Positions 24,701 to 38,162 of a stretch of 64,000 nucleotides of DNA are shown one piece after another. Source of the DNA: Somniosus microcephalus. Taxonomy: Eukaryota. Below the pieces are notes generated by a model. That model worked only from the letters and a program-made list of their open reading frames with translations. It made no database searches and was not told the DNA's origin. The first letter of the stretch is position 1, and every line of letters begins with the position of its first letter. Position numbers and translations under genes: made by a program. The DNA lies in NCBI GenBank assembly GCA_052327205.1, contig CM126221.1:24738001-24802000 (forward strand), written 5' to 3'.

Positions 24701-27005
24701 CCCGCCCTGTTTACTCACAGAATCGCCCGCCCTGTTTACTCACAGAATCGCCCGCCCTGTTTACTCACAGAATCGCCCATTGTTTACTCACAGAATCGTC
24801 CACTGTTTACTCACAGAATCTCCCACTCTGTTTACTCTCAGAATCTCCCGCTCTGTTTACTCACAGAATCTCCCGTTGTTTACTCACAGAACCTCCCGCT
24901 CGCTTTACTCACAGAATCTCCCGCTCTGTTTACTCACAGAATCGCCCGCCCTGATTACTCTCAGAATCTCCCGCTCTGTTTACTCACAGAATCTCCTGCC
25001 CTGTTTACTCACAGAATCTCTCGCCCTGTTTACTCATAGAATCTCTCGCCCTGTTTACTCACAGAATCGTCCGCTCTGTTTACTCAGAATCACCCGCCCT
25101 GTTTACTCACAGAATCGTCTGCTCTGTTTACTCACAGAATCTCTCGCCCTGTTTACTCACAGAATCGCCCGCTCTGTTTACTCACAGAATCGGCCGCTCT
25201 GTTTACTCACAGAATCGCCCACTGTTTACTCACAGAATCGTCCACTGTTTACTCACAGAATCGCCCACTGATTACTCACAGAATCTCCCGCCCTGTTTAC
25301 TCACAGAATCTCCCGCTCTGTTTAAAACAGAATCTCCCGCTCTGTTTACTCACAGAATCTCCCGCCCTGTTTACTCACAGAATCTCCCGCCCTGTTTACT
25401 CACAGAATCTCCCGCTCTGTTTACTCACAGAATCTCCCGCTCTGTTTACTCACAGAATCTCCCGCTCTGTTTACTCACAGAATCGCCCGCCCTGTTTACT
25501 CACAGAATCTCCCGCCCTGATTACTCTCAGAATCTCCCGTCCTGTTTACTCACAGAATCTCTCGCCCTGTTTACTCACAGAATCTCTCGCCCTGTTTACT
25601 CACAGAATCGTCCGCTCTGTTTACTCACAGAATCTCCCGCCCTGTTTACTCACAGAATCGTCCGCTCTGTTTACTCAAAATCGCTCGCCCTGTTTACTCA
25701 CAGAATCGCCCACCCTGTTTACTCACAGAATCGCCCACCCTGTTTACTCACAGAATCTCTCGCCCTGTTTACTCACAGAATCTCTCGCCCTGTTTACTCA
25801 CAGAATCGCCCGCCCTGTTTACTCACAGAATCGCCCGCCCTGTTTACTCACAGAATCGCCCGCCCTGTTTACTCACAGAATCTCTCGCCCTGTTTACTCA
25901 CAGAATCTCCCGCCCTGTTTACTCACAGAATCGCCCGCCCTGTTTACTCACAGAATCGCCCACTGTTTACTCACAGAATCGTCCACTGTTTACTCACAGA
26001 ATCTCCCACTCTGTTTACTCTCAGAATCTCCCGTTCTGTTTACTCACAGAATCTCCCGCTGTTTACTCACAGAATCTCCCGCTCGCTTTACTCACAGAAT
26101 CTCCCGCTCTGTTTACTCACAGAATCTCCTGCCCTGTTTACTCACAGAATCTCTCGCCCTGTTTACTCACAGAATCGTCTGCTCTGTTTACTCACAGAAT
26201 CTCTCGCCCTGTTTACTCACAGAATCGTCCGCTCTGTTTACTCAGAATCGCCCACCCTGTTTACTCACAGAATCGCCCACCCTGTTTACTCACAGAATCG
26301 CCCGCCCTGTTTACTCGCAGAATCGCCCGCCCTGTTTACTCACAGAATCGCCCGCCCTGTTTACTCGCAGAATCGCCCGCCCTGTTTACTCACAGAATCG
26401 CCCGCCCTGTTTACTCACAGAATCACCCGCCCTGTTTACTCACAGAATCTCTCGCCCTGTTTACTCACAGAATCTCTCGCCCTGTTTACTCACAGAATCG
26501 TCCGCCCTGTTTACTCACAGAATCTCCCGCCCTGTTTACTCACAGAACCTCCCGCCCTGTTTACTCACAGAATCGCCCGCCCTGTTTACTCACAGAATCT
26601 CCCGCCCTGTTTACTCACAGAACCTCCCGCCCTGTTTACTCTCAGAATCTCCCGCTCTGTTTACTCACAGAATCTCCCGCCCTGTTTACTCACAGAATCT
26701 CCCGCCCTGTTTACTCACAGAACCTCCCGCCCTGTTTACTCACAGAATCGCCCGCCCTGTTTACGCACAGAATCTCCCGCCCTGTTTACTCACAGAATCT
26801 CCCGCCCTGTTTACTCACAGAACCTCCCGCCCTGTTTACTCACAGAACCTCCCGCCCTGTTTACTCACAGAATCTCCCGCCCTGTTTACTCACAGAATCG
26901 CCCGCCCTGTTTACTCACAGAATCTCCCGCCCTGTTTACTCTCAGAATCTCCCGCCCTGTTTACTCACAGAATCTCCCGCCCTGTTTACTCACAGAATCT
27001 CCCAC
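21777..27005. repeat. Tandem satellite, 25-bp unit TGTTTACTCACAGAATCTCCCGCYC, with higher-order structure
   Basis: About 5.2 kb, roughly 210 units. Diagnostic variants recur at a 2214-bp period, with a ~1.1-kb sub-period. Confidence 0.98.
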
Positions 27006-27867
27006 TTAGAGAGTAAAATCTAGGTTTAACATTGACCATAATAAATATGTAAGTTGCTTGAACAAATAACCCTGGCACAATAAGCCCAATGGACTCGACG
27101 GGCCGAATGTCCTCCTACTGTGCCGTAACGATTCTATGATATGATTCTATAACGGCCTTTCATTCCTCTCTCTGACGTTGGTCTGTGCATTCCTTCTTTC
27201 TGTTTTTCCCTGTTTTTTGTTTCTTGATATGTGCTGTGCCTTTCTCCTTTTTTCTGTTTGTACACCTCCCTTTTTTTTTCTTTAATTTGCCTCTCTTCCT
27301 GTCTCTGTGACTTCCCCCTCCGCCCCCACCCCCAGCCCCCCCTCTCTCTCACACATGTTTGTCGGGCCCTGCATTGGAGCCTACAAAGGCCCCAATGTAA
27401 TGTGGACGCCAGCAAAACAATAGTTAATTTTTCATGTACAGTTTAAAAAAAAAACTAGAGTTGGTCTTGTGTACAGAGAAAGAGGACCTCTTATTAACCT
27501 GAATGTTAGCCTATTTCCCATGGGGCCAGCGGCATGATTGTGATGAAGATGAAGCACTGTTTAACAAGTCCTGGTCCATTAAACGTTCCAAATAGGCACA
27601 TCCTGAGATCAATTGTTGAGATGTTTCTGTAAATTGGAGGCCACTTACGTGATGGCTTTTTGCGCCAGAGTGATTCGTTCAAGCAACTTATATATTTTAT
27701 TAAACCTTTATTTATTGTTCTAGAGAAAACATACTCATTTATGCAGCTGTAATGTATAAAGGAAACATTCTTTATTTTCCAAGTCAGTTAAGACACACTT
27801 TGGAATGCTGTAATCGTAAGCAGCACCACAGGAGATCCACTAGTTCGATGTTAACAGCGGTGTGGGA

Positions 27868-27868
<1 letters not shown>

Positions 27869-27932
<64 letters not shown>
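27869..27932. repeat. (CA)n microsatellite
   Basis: About 32 perfect CA units. Confidence 0.98.
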
Positions 27933-27937
<5 letters not shown>

Positions 27938-29003
27938 AGAAAGAGAACATACGTTAGTTACTTAATGCTGGGTGCTTCCGACCCGAACCAAAACTGCAGA
28001 GCACTTTACGATTTACATACTTCCCTTACCAAACAATTGAAGTTTAAATGACCTGAGCTTGAGTTTACTTATGAACTTAGTGATTTTAAAGGGGCCTTTC
28101 TGCATCTTTACCAAAATAATTCCTGGTGCATCATGTGGCATTATTATTTTATTACTATTATGATGTGGGACAGGCTTGAAGGGCCTTTTCCCGCCTGTCA
28201 TTTTTGTATGTATGTTTGTATAAAACTTCCCTCTCCTTATAAAAAGGCATATGATTCAAATGACCATATATATGAATAATATATGAAAAGCTGTATCCCT
28301 GTCACACTATGTTACAGATGGAAAACGCCCGTAAAGTGCTGCATGCTTCTGTGCTGGAGGGTGAACATCTAAAAATGTTCTCCGCTGCAAGCTACTGAAT
28401 ATACAAAAAACAAATGACAGGGAAAGACCCTCTGGTCCATCGAGCCTGTGCTATAGTGTCATGGTGTGACACACCATCACTCCCTTACCCACCAGACGTG
28501 AGGTTGCAAAACTCACCATGTAGGCAATTCTGGGTGTGATTATTGTACTTGGTGCATTGTCCCATTGGCACCCCAATGTACTGTGGTGCCTCCCCATTAC
28601 TTTGTAGTCAGTTTAGCTCCATTGTACAGCCTATTCTGGTATAAAAGATGTTCGAGCAACTGGTGTGGAAGAAATCTACTTGTCCAGTACCAGGACTTGC
28701 TTTGATCTGTGAAGAGCTCCCCAGTGTTTCGGAAGTGTGCTGGCCTCAGCACTTCTGTTTGTTTTAATAAGACTAATTCCATGGGGGATTTTAGCTGACG
28801 GGTTAATCTCACCAACCTTAAGTGCGGACTCATACTCTCAGCACTTCCCAGTGTTGTGTACACCAAAGATACAAAATAATAATGAAGGAGAAGCAGTTGG
28901 TTCAGCTTTAGAAGTCACTCAATGTAAATGGAGCTTTTGAAAGAGCTCCTATCAAGGGATCACTAACTGCAGAGTAGAAATTTCAGGGAAAGCATCCCTC
29001 TAC

Positions 29004-29290
29004 TACAACAACAACAACTTGCATTTATATAGTGCCTTTAATGCACCAAACCGTCTTAAGGTGCTTCACAGAGGCATAAGAAAAAAATTATACCGAACCA
29101 AAGGGGTGACCAAAAGCTTGATTGAAGAGGGTGGGTTTTAAGGAGGGTCATATAGGAAGAGGGAGGTGGAGTGGTTTAGGGAGAGAATTCCAGACTCTGA
29201 GTCCTAGATGGTGAATACCACAGGTGGGAAAGGGGTGGGATGCAATAAAGGCCAGAGTCAGTAGAACAGAGAGTTTGGAAGTTGGAATGC
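29004..29290 (-). mobile_element. Degraded L2 3' fragment
   Basis: (CAA)n tail plus CTTGCATTTATATAG, matching the other L2 copies. Confidence 0.65.
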
Positions 29291-31381
29291 TTTAGAATGT
29301 GAGTAATTTGTAAAATGCGGACTTAGTTTAGAAAAACGCCTCCAGTAAATGACTGCGATTGCGTTGGTGAAATGCTGCCATCTGTGCCACGATTTATTTT
29401 CTAAATGTTTTAACACATTCAGGGGCTACTGTGGCAGGACTGGATCATACACAAGACTCTGAGTTGTGATCTTGGGCAATGTTTCTGCATGGTAGTCACT
29501 TCACTGTCACCCTCCTGGTAGCGGAAAGAGAGGGCTGCAACCTGGCCTCCTTTGGATTTCTTCCTGTTTCTAAGTGGCATCGGTATGGACTTATATCCAG
29601 GGTTTGGAGATGGCCCAGCTAATAGGGGAGAGTGCCGGCTAAACAGTTAAATGGTTAACCCAAGGTCCAATTTTCCGGTCTTATTTTGGCCACTGCCAAA
29701 GGCTCCTTGATTTTGGTGTGGAGTCCTATGGAAAGCGTATGCACGTATCTAAATACCATCACTTTAAAGCTTGTCCCAAGGGAAGTTACCCAAAGTAATA
29801 GATTTAAGAAACTATTCCTGTATTTTTTTTACCCATTGTAACCCATCCAATAAAATGCTGTAGTCATCGTTTTGTCCCTACTTACCTAACTTCAAAAGGA
29901 AAGAGTATCCTCTGGGAAACTTTCAGTGAAGGACCTGGGGGAAGTTTTCCTCTGTGCACTGTGTGCAGTGACATTGTAAACATGTTTCTAAAGTACACGA
30001 TTGTGTGGATTTCTGTCGCTAGTGCAGACCCTCGCCTTCCCGCAGTGTATAACAGGAAACAGGAATTTGGGTGTGCACTATCTCTGATCTTCTGAACATT
30101 TAAACACTGCCAGCAGTGGAAAGTCAGAAAATGACACGTAGTGCACAGAGGAAATCTTTCCTACTACCTGCTTCAGGAACGTTGTCACTGTGAGTCAGCA
30201 TGGACCGAGGGGAAGGATGGCCACGTGTTACAGCTCCCTTGTGCTCTCTGTTCAGGTGGTTTGGTTCCTTTTCCCCTTGGGAAAGGGAGCTCAATATCTG
30301 AAGTGCACATTCAGTATCATAGAACAGCAATAGGGCTGTGGTGCTGCAGTGTGTTGCTGCATCCAAGCACTGTTTTATGGAGGAGTGGAACATAGGATTC
30401 TCCCTCTGATCCCCCTCCAAATCCAGAGCTCCCGATTCCAGTTCTACCAAGCAGTGGCCAGGTGCTTTCCCATTTTGCTAGTAGAGCGCCGTCATCACAC
30501 AGTGCGTAAATCTGCCCATATCATGTGTTTTTTTTTCCCATTTCACCCTTTCTTTCACCATTGATGCCAACTCTAGTTAGGATGTGGTTGTGTGGGTACC
30601 TGCAATCCTCTGATACCATGTGCAGGTGCGCCGATCTTGATCTGTAAGCCTGAGCTGAATAACTGTGGGAGGGGATTGGGGGGTTGCTTTACAGTCAATC
30701 CCAATTCTGTTTTCACTTGACACTCGCACAAAAACACACAGGGCAGAGGATGGTAGCAGGATCGCTGGCTGACTTCCAGAACCCAAGGGGCTCCTCTGTT
30801 CAGAACCACTAACTCCGCACTGACCAATCAAATTCTGTTGTGGGAGGCTACTGTCAAAGAGTGACCTGGGTTTAACTATCGCTCTAATTCTCCCCATCTC
30901 CTACCAGGAATGCCTAGCTTCCAGTGGGCATATTACCACAATGGCATGGAGGATGGAGTGTATGCCTTACCCCTCTGGGACACCACATCACACTGCTCAA
31001 ATGCAATGTGCCTCTGCACTGTCACAGCAATTCGATGCGTAATTAATGTGATGTAATTATAACTAGCCAGAAATCTGCATCAGTAATGAAGCAGCTCTGA
31101 ATTTAATCACTTTCTCAAACCGGAATGGCATTCAATGCAGACATTCATTCATCCTGTTCCATCGAGTTAATTTTTTCTCTTCAGTAATTGGTGTTATTGG
31201 TGTTATTGCTGTTCTCATGAATGAGAGATCATTCTATATCCAATGTCAGATTGCTTTACAGCCTATGTTCTCATAACAGGCTGAAAAGATTTAGTAACAG
31301 GCCATATTAGATTTACTAATGAGTAATGAGCCAGATTTAGTTAACAGTCTGGCAGTAAAGGAACATTTATGCTGTTCAAAA

Positions 31382-33560
31382 ACTACATCAGTGATTTGGA
31401 TGAGGGGCCAAACGTAATGGCCCAGAAATTCAGGTCGGGAGCTTCCCGCGGGTGCAAGCCCCCGATCTGCACTCACCTAGTGCGCCGGCCGTTGAGCTGT
31501 GGGCCCGCGTGGGATTCCGATCCTGGGCCTCCTCCAACTGCCGGCGCGCAGTGCTTGCGTATCCCAGGGGCGCAGTTAGTTCGATGCGTCCCCTGGGATC
31601 ACGTGGGCCATGGAGAGCCAATGGTAGCAGGGAATGCTTCATTCATAAGTTTGACAGGAAGAGCTGTCAAACCTATAAATACTATAAGCCCCAAAACATC
31701 ACTAAAACTTCAAATAATTTTTTTTTTTAAATCACATTTTTAAAATAACTATAAATTACATGAAATAACTATTTTAAACAATAATTTAAATTTTTGAAAA
31801 AATTAATTACATTTTCTAACAGGGCTAAAAATAAACTTACCTTTCTTTAAAGTATTTAAAAATAATAAACCTGTGGAAAAAATGTTTTAATTTTAATTAA
31901 TTCACCACTTACGTTGTTAAAAGCAGGCCTTGTGCCTCCTTTTTAAAAGTGTAACTGCTGGAGACTTACCCTCCCGGAAAAACCTGGAAAAAAACGTAAG
32001 TTCGATGCGCACGCGCTGCCTCTCCATCGCACGCGTTCCACCTGTCAACCCTTTCTTTCAGGGGAACGGAAGTGCTGGTTTCCCGCGCATGCTCAGTGCA
32101 TGCACAAAACCGGCACTTTCGTTGGGCCTACGCGTGAGTACCCAGTGTGTACTCACGCGTTGGGACCCGAATTTCTGGGCCAATATATCCAAGTTTGCTG
32201 ATGATACAAAGCTGGGTGGGAATGTAAGTTGTGAGGAGGATGCAAGGAGGCTTCAAGGGGATATAGACAGGTTAAGTGAGTGGGCAAGAACATGACAAAT
32301 GGAAAATAATGTGGAGAAATGTGAAGTTATCCACTTTGGTAGGAAAAATAGAAAAGCAGAGTAATTTTTAAATGGTGAGAGATTGGGAAATGTTGGTGTT
32401 CAGAGGGACCTGGGTGTCCTTGTACAAGAATCTCTGAAAGTTAACATGCAGGTACAGCAAGCAATTAGGAAAGCAAATGGTATGTTGGCCTTTATTACAA
32501 AAGGATTTGCGTATAAGAGTAAAGGGGCTAAAAATTGAGTAGTGCCGCATCTGGGGCACTAACTTCGCTGGGGCGCTAGCGCCCCGGAAAAATTAGTGCC
32601 CTGGAAAAATTAGCGCCCCTACGCCGGGAATTGAGTGGTTGTGCTCCAAGAGGGAAGTGGAGCGCTACTGAAAGCGCCCACATCCCTCTTGGGGCGCTGC
32701 GAGTCATGCGCAAGAATCACAAAGTTAACATGCAGGTACAGCAAGCAATTAGGAAAGCAAATGGTATGTTGGCCTTTATTACAAGAGGATTTGAGTATAG
32801 AAACATGGAAACTAGGAGCAGGAGTAGGCCATTCGGCCCTTCGAGCCTGCTCCGCCATTCAACGAGATCATGGCTGATCATCCAAACCCCAGCACCCGGT
32901 CCCTACACCGACAGCCATCCCACCCAAGAGTAAAGATGTATAAGAGTAAAGATGTCTGACTGCAATTATATAGGGCCCTGGTGAGACCACACCTGGAGTA
33001 TTGTGTACAGTTTTGGTCTCCTTACCTAAGGAAAGATATACTTGCCATAGAGGGAGAGCAACGAAGGTTCACCAGACTGATTCCTGGGATGGGGGGATTG
33101 TCCTATGAGGAGAGATTGAGTAGACTAGGCTTATGTTCTCTAGAGTTTAGAAGAATGAGAGGTGATCTCATTGAAACATACAAAATTCTTACAGGGCTTG
33201 ACAGGGTAGATGCAGTGAGAATGTTTCCCCTGGCTGGGGAGTCTAGAACCAGGGGCCACAGTCTCAGAATAAGGGGTTGGCCATTTAGGACTGAGATGAG
33301 GGGAAATTTCTTCACTCGGAGGGTGGTGAATCTTTGGAATTCTCTACCCCAGAGGGCTGTGTCGTTGAGTATATTCAAGACAGAGATCGATAGATTTTTG
33401 AATATTAAGGGAATCAAGGGATATGGGGATAGTGCAGGAAAGTGGAGATAAGGTAGAAGATCAGCCCTGATCTTATTGAATGGCTGATCTTCTACCTTAT
33501 CTCCTCGGCTCGAAGGGCCGAATGGTCTACTCCTGCTCCTATTTCTTATGTTCTTATGTA
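31382..33560 (+). mobile_element. CR1 RT/3' fragment interrupted by insertions
   Basis: YISDLDEG | NISKFADDTKLGG...RPHLEYCVQFWSP...RTRGHSL, with the 3' tail at about 33540-33560. Confidence 0.88.
31419..32181. mobile_element. Harbinger-family MITE (763 bp)
   Basis: TIR GGCCCAGAAATTC at both ends and 3-bp TSD AAT (31416-31418, 32182-32184). Removing it restores the CR1 RT. AT-rich core. Confidence 0.9.
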
Positions 33561-33677
33561 ACAGTGATCATACTATGATCAAATTCAATGTTAGGTTTGA
33601 AGAGGAGAAACCTAACACACGTACTAAGATTCTAGATTTTGGTACAGCTAACGTTAATGGGATGAGACAGAGACTGT

Positions 33678-34244
33678 TATCCAGGCCTTTGTTACCTCTA
33701 GACTGGACTATTCCACCACTCTCCTGACTGGGCTCCCAGCTTCCACCCTAAATAAACTTGAGCTCACCCAAAACTCTACTGCCCGTGTCCTAACTCACAC
33801 CAGGTCCAGCTTACCCATCGCCCCTGTGCTCACTGACATACATTGGTTCCCGGTCTGGCAGGGCCTCGTTTTTAAAATTCTCATCCTTGTTTTCAAATCC
33901 CTCCATTGCCTCGCCCCTCTCTATCTCTGGAATCTCCTCCAGCCCTACAACCCTCCGATACCTGCGCTCCTCCAATTCTGGCCTCTTGCGCATTCCTGAT
34001 TTTAATCGCTCCACCATTGGTGACCAGACCTTCAGCCGCCGATGCCCTAAGCTCTGGAATTCCCTCCCAAAACCTCTTTGCCTCTCTCCCTCTTTCTTCC
34101 TTTAAGACGCTCCTTAAAACCTACCTCTCACCTGTTCTAATGTCTCCTTATGTGGTTCGGTGTCAAATTTTGTTTGATAATCGCTCCTGTGAAGCGCCTT
34201 GGGACGTTTTACAATATAAAGGCGCTAAATTGTTGTTGTTGTTG
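33678..34244 (+). mobile_element. L2 LINE 3' fragment
   Basis: LRSSNSGLL...PKLWNSLP motif and a (TTG)n tail. Confidence 0.85.
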
Positions 34245-34602
34245 TCATCGACAGACGACCGCAAACTGGTCAAAATTGTTATCGGATAAAATTACAGATG
34301 ACAAGTGGGAGGTGTTAAAAAAAGAATTTAGCTCCATAAAGGACCAGTATATACCCCTGAAGGGCAAGACCTCTACTTACCAAATTAAACAGCCATGGTT
34401 GATAAAAGAGGTGAGAAGTAATCTAAAATTAAAGGAAAGAGCATACAGAAGTGCAAAGAATGGTGCAGATCCAGGGGAGTGGAAGATAGATAAAGAACAG
34501 CAAAGGAAGACAAGAAAGATAGTAAGAGCTGCAAAAAGGAATATGAAAAGAAACTTGCGAGGTATATCAATATTAACACGATGTTTTTACAATTATATTA
34601 AA

Positions 34603-35412
34603 AGACAAAGAAGGACTTGCATTTCTATAGCACCTTTCATGACCACAGTAAGTCCCAAAGCGCGTTACAACCAATGAAGTACTTTTTGGAGCGTAGTCAT
34701 CGTTGTAATGTGGGAAACGCAGCAGCCAATTTGCGCACAAGCTCCCACAAACGTCAATGTGAAAATGATCAGACAATCACAGAATCACAGAAACCCCACA
34801 GTGCAGATAGAGGCCATTTCGGCCCATCGAGCCTGCACCGACACATATCCCACCCGATCCCCGTAACCCCTACACCAACACATATCCCACCCTATCCCCG
34901 TAACCCCACGTATTTAATCCCCCTAACACTAAGGGTCAATTTATCATAGCCAATCATCCTAACCCGCACATCTTTGGACTGTGGGAGGAAACCGGAGCAC
35001 CCGGAGGAAACCCACGCAAACACGGGGAGAATGTGCAAACTCCACACAGTCACCCGAGGCCGGATTCGAACCCGGGTCCCTGGCGCTGTGAGGCAACAGT
35101 GCTAACCACTATGCCACCGTGCTGCCCATCTGTTTTTGTTATTTTGGTTGAGGGATAAATATTGGTTTAGGACACCGAGGATAACTCCGCAGCTCTTCTT
35201 CGAATTAGGATCTTTTACATCCACCTGAGAGGGAAGACGGGCCCTCGGTTTAACGTCTCATCTGAAAGACGGCACCTCCAACAGTGCAGCACTCCCTCAG
35301 TACTGCACTGCAGTATCAGCCTAGATGTTCGTGCTCAAGTCCCTGGATTGGGACTTAAATCCACAACCTTCTGACTCAGAGGCGAGGGTGCTACCAACTG
35401 AGCCACAGCTGA
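34603..35412 (-). mobile_element. Deu-SINE split by an HE1 SINE
   Basis: Collinear with the copy at 3442-3893 once 34779-35127 is removed. Confidence 0.8.
34779..35127 (-). mobile_element. HE1-like V-SINE
   Basis: Nearly identical to 17891-18236. ATC is duplicated at the flanks. Confidence 0.9.
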
Positions 35413-36181
35413 CCCAAGAAGAAAAAGGGTAGTCAAGGGTAATGTGGGCCCTTTATAAACAGATGCGAGTAAAATTGCAAATGAAAATAAGGAAATGGCA
35501 GACTTGTTGAGTAATTACTTTGAGCCAGACTTCACAGTAGAGGACGAGGATAATATACCTGATATTCCAGGAAAACTAATAATGAATCAAGGACAGGGAT
35601 TCACTGAAGTCAACGTAAGCAAGCAAACAATATTAGAAAAAATAATGGCACTGAAGACTGATAAATCCCCAGGACCAGATGATTTCCACCTCAGGGTTTT
35701 AAAGGAAGTCGGTGAGGAAATTGCAGATGCCTTAGCCATTATCTTCCAAAGCACTCTCGATTCAGGAATTGTCACTTTAGATTGGAAAATTGCAAATGTA
35801 ACTCCATTATTTAAGAAAGGCGAGAGAAAGAAACCAGGAAATTATAGGCCTGTTAGTCTAACATCTGTCGTGGAGAAGTTATTGGAATCTATACTTAAGG
35901 ACAGAGTGACTGAGAATTGGAAACTGTTTGGTATCCGGCACCGACGGGACCGGGATGGTGCCGGTTGATTAAAAAATCCGGATGATGGAGAGGGTTATCT
36001 ACCGAGGCTATTTTTAACAAACAAAAATAAAAAAATCAAGAAATGTGCAGTATACAGTAATTGGGTACTCACCTACAGAATGTTGTGTTAAATGGATGGT
36101 GGAAGATGCTTGATTAAGTACAGTCCTGCCAGTTGAGGGTAATCCATAACTCGTTAATTACTTAACAGTAAAACAAAACTT

Positions 36182-37978
36182 CTACAGTAAATGACTGTAT
36201 ACAGTACTGTGGTTGACTGTACACTTATTCCAAGCCAGCTGGTCCATCAGGAATATCCATGTCAGCTGGTTCATCAGGATCATGCACTTCAACAGATTCT
36301 TCAGGCACTTCCACTGCTTCAACTCTTTTGGAAGCTTTCCTAAACATGTCCCGGATGTCTGCTTGCTTAGTGGACTCTTGCCTTTTTTGTAGAAAGGTGG
36401 AATGCACAATATGGAGGTGCATAACTTCTTGGGCAGAGTAGCAAGGATGCCTTTCAGCAAATTGGAGGATTAAAGCAAATCCTTCTGCAGCTTTAGCCCA
36501 AGAAATCTTCTTCTCTTCAGAAATCTCATCCTCTTCACTTCCATCTCACTTTCCTTTTCTTTCTTTGGTTTCAAAACAGTCTCAATTATTTCATCATCAC
36601 TTAGCATATGCACAACAGCAACTTCTCTATCTGCATCAACCCACTGCTCAATATCACTTTCACTGAGGTTACGTAGAGGGTTTGCTGGGCCTACATTTTT
36701 CACCATGCCAGCCATTTCCATTATTGTACTCTTGGGACGAACATTGAACCCATGAAATTCCTCCTCTGAAGAAGAACCTTCAGCAAACATTACAGAAGGC
36801 CACAATTTGCGCCAGGCTTGCCTCAAAGTGTGACCTTTCACCAAGTTCCAGGAACATGCAACATTAAAGATGGCATCTTTAAGATTGTATTCCTTCTGAA
36901 ATGCGTGAATATTGTCATCTTGGCTTATCAGTTTACGTAGGAAGCCTTTCTTGTAATGACACTTGAGATTTTGGATAACGCCCTGGTCTAAGGGTTGTAT
37001 GAGAGAAGTTATATTTGGTGGCAAATAAATGGTGAAAATATTTCCCGAAACCAACTCGGATTCATGCGGATGGGCTCTACAATTATCGAGCAATAAAATG
37101 CATTTGCTATCTTCAGGTTTCCCTATTTTATGGAAATGTTCCTTCACAGATGGAACAAAAATATGATGGAACCAATACGAAAATATTTCCTTATCCATCC
37201 AAGCATTTCTTTGAGCTTTGTACTTAACAGGTAAGTGCCTCATATTTTTAAATGCACGGGGATTTTTTACTTCCCAATAACAAGAAATTTAACCCGGTGT
37301 GATCCAGCAGCGTTCGCACATGTTAGCACAGTTACACGATCTTTATTTTTCTTGTAACCTGAAGCATTAGCCTCACTAGCCCCAGCAAACGTTGATTCTG
37401 GCAAAAACCTCCAAAATAAACCAGTTTCATCAGCATTGTATATCTGTACTATGAGACAGATCATGTTGGTGCACAATCTGATTAAAATAATCGCAGTATT
37501 CATCTGCGGCATCGTGATCAGCTGATTTCTTCTCCCCGGAAATATCGAGTCGTTGTATCCCGTGCTGTAACTTGAAGCACGTTAGCCATCCCTCGGAGAA
37601 AGCACACTTGTCAGTGAGCTCCATCTTTACATAGAAATCCTTCGCTTTCTCGATTAGCATGGGTCCGGAAAGTGGAACACCCTCTAAACGCTTAAGAGAA
37701 AACCACTCATAAAGCACGGTATCCAGCTCTTCAAGCTTAGGCTTACGAAGCGTACGCCGTTTCTCTACACTGTTAGATGTCTCCGAGCTTGAATAAAACT
37801 TGAGCAGCTTATCCTTCTGCGATTTGATGTCGTAGATTGTTGACGAACCGATTTTGAATTCATTCATAATGTTGATACGCGTCTCTCCCCGTTCTAGTCG
37901 TTGGCATATCTCGATTTTCTGTTTTAAAGTTAACACCACTCTCTTCCTTTTGCTTGGACCAACTTTTGGGAATTCCAT
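36182..37978 (-). pseudogene. Frameshifted Tigger/Jerky-like transposase
   Basis: [12 protein letters not shown] and CENP-B HTH domains, plus DDE_1 motifs [19 protein letters not shown] and QPLDQG, spread over 4 frames. Confidence 0.9.
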
Positions 37979-38016
37979 AATGCAACATGGGGGAGATAAT
38001 TCATGATAAAGATGGA

Positions 38017-38162
38017 GAGACACATAGAAAAATGGCGGATCGGAGGAGAGTACCGGCAGCGCGGGAGACACACAGTAAAATGGCGGATCGGAAGAGACTA
38101 CCGGCAGCGCGGGAGACACAGAAAAATGGCGGATCGGAAGAGACTACCGGCAGCGCGGGAGA
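38017..38162. repeat. Three ~47-bp tandem repeats upstream of the Tigger ORF
   Basis: GAGACAC..AAAATGGCGGATCGGA.GAGA.TACCGGCAGCGCGG, three copies. Confidence 0.9.

Noticed and set aside
21777-27005. CRISPR-like array
   Set aside because: Units are head-to-tail with no unique spacers, there are no cas genes, and the context is vertebrate.
27752-28051. His/Thr-repeat protein
   Set aside because: Translation of the (CA)n microsatellite.
36182-37978. Host gene JRK/TIGD
   Set aside because: It is frameshifted and inserted inside a CR1, so it is a decayed transposon.
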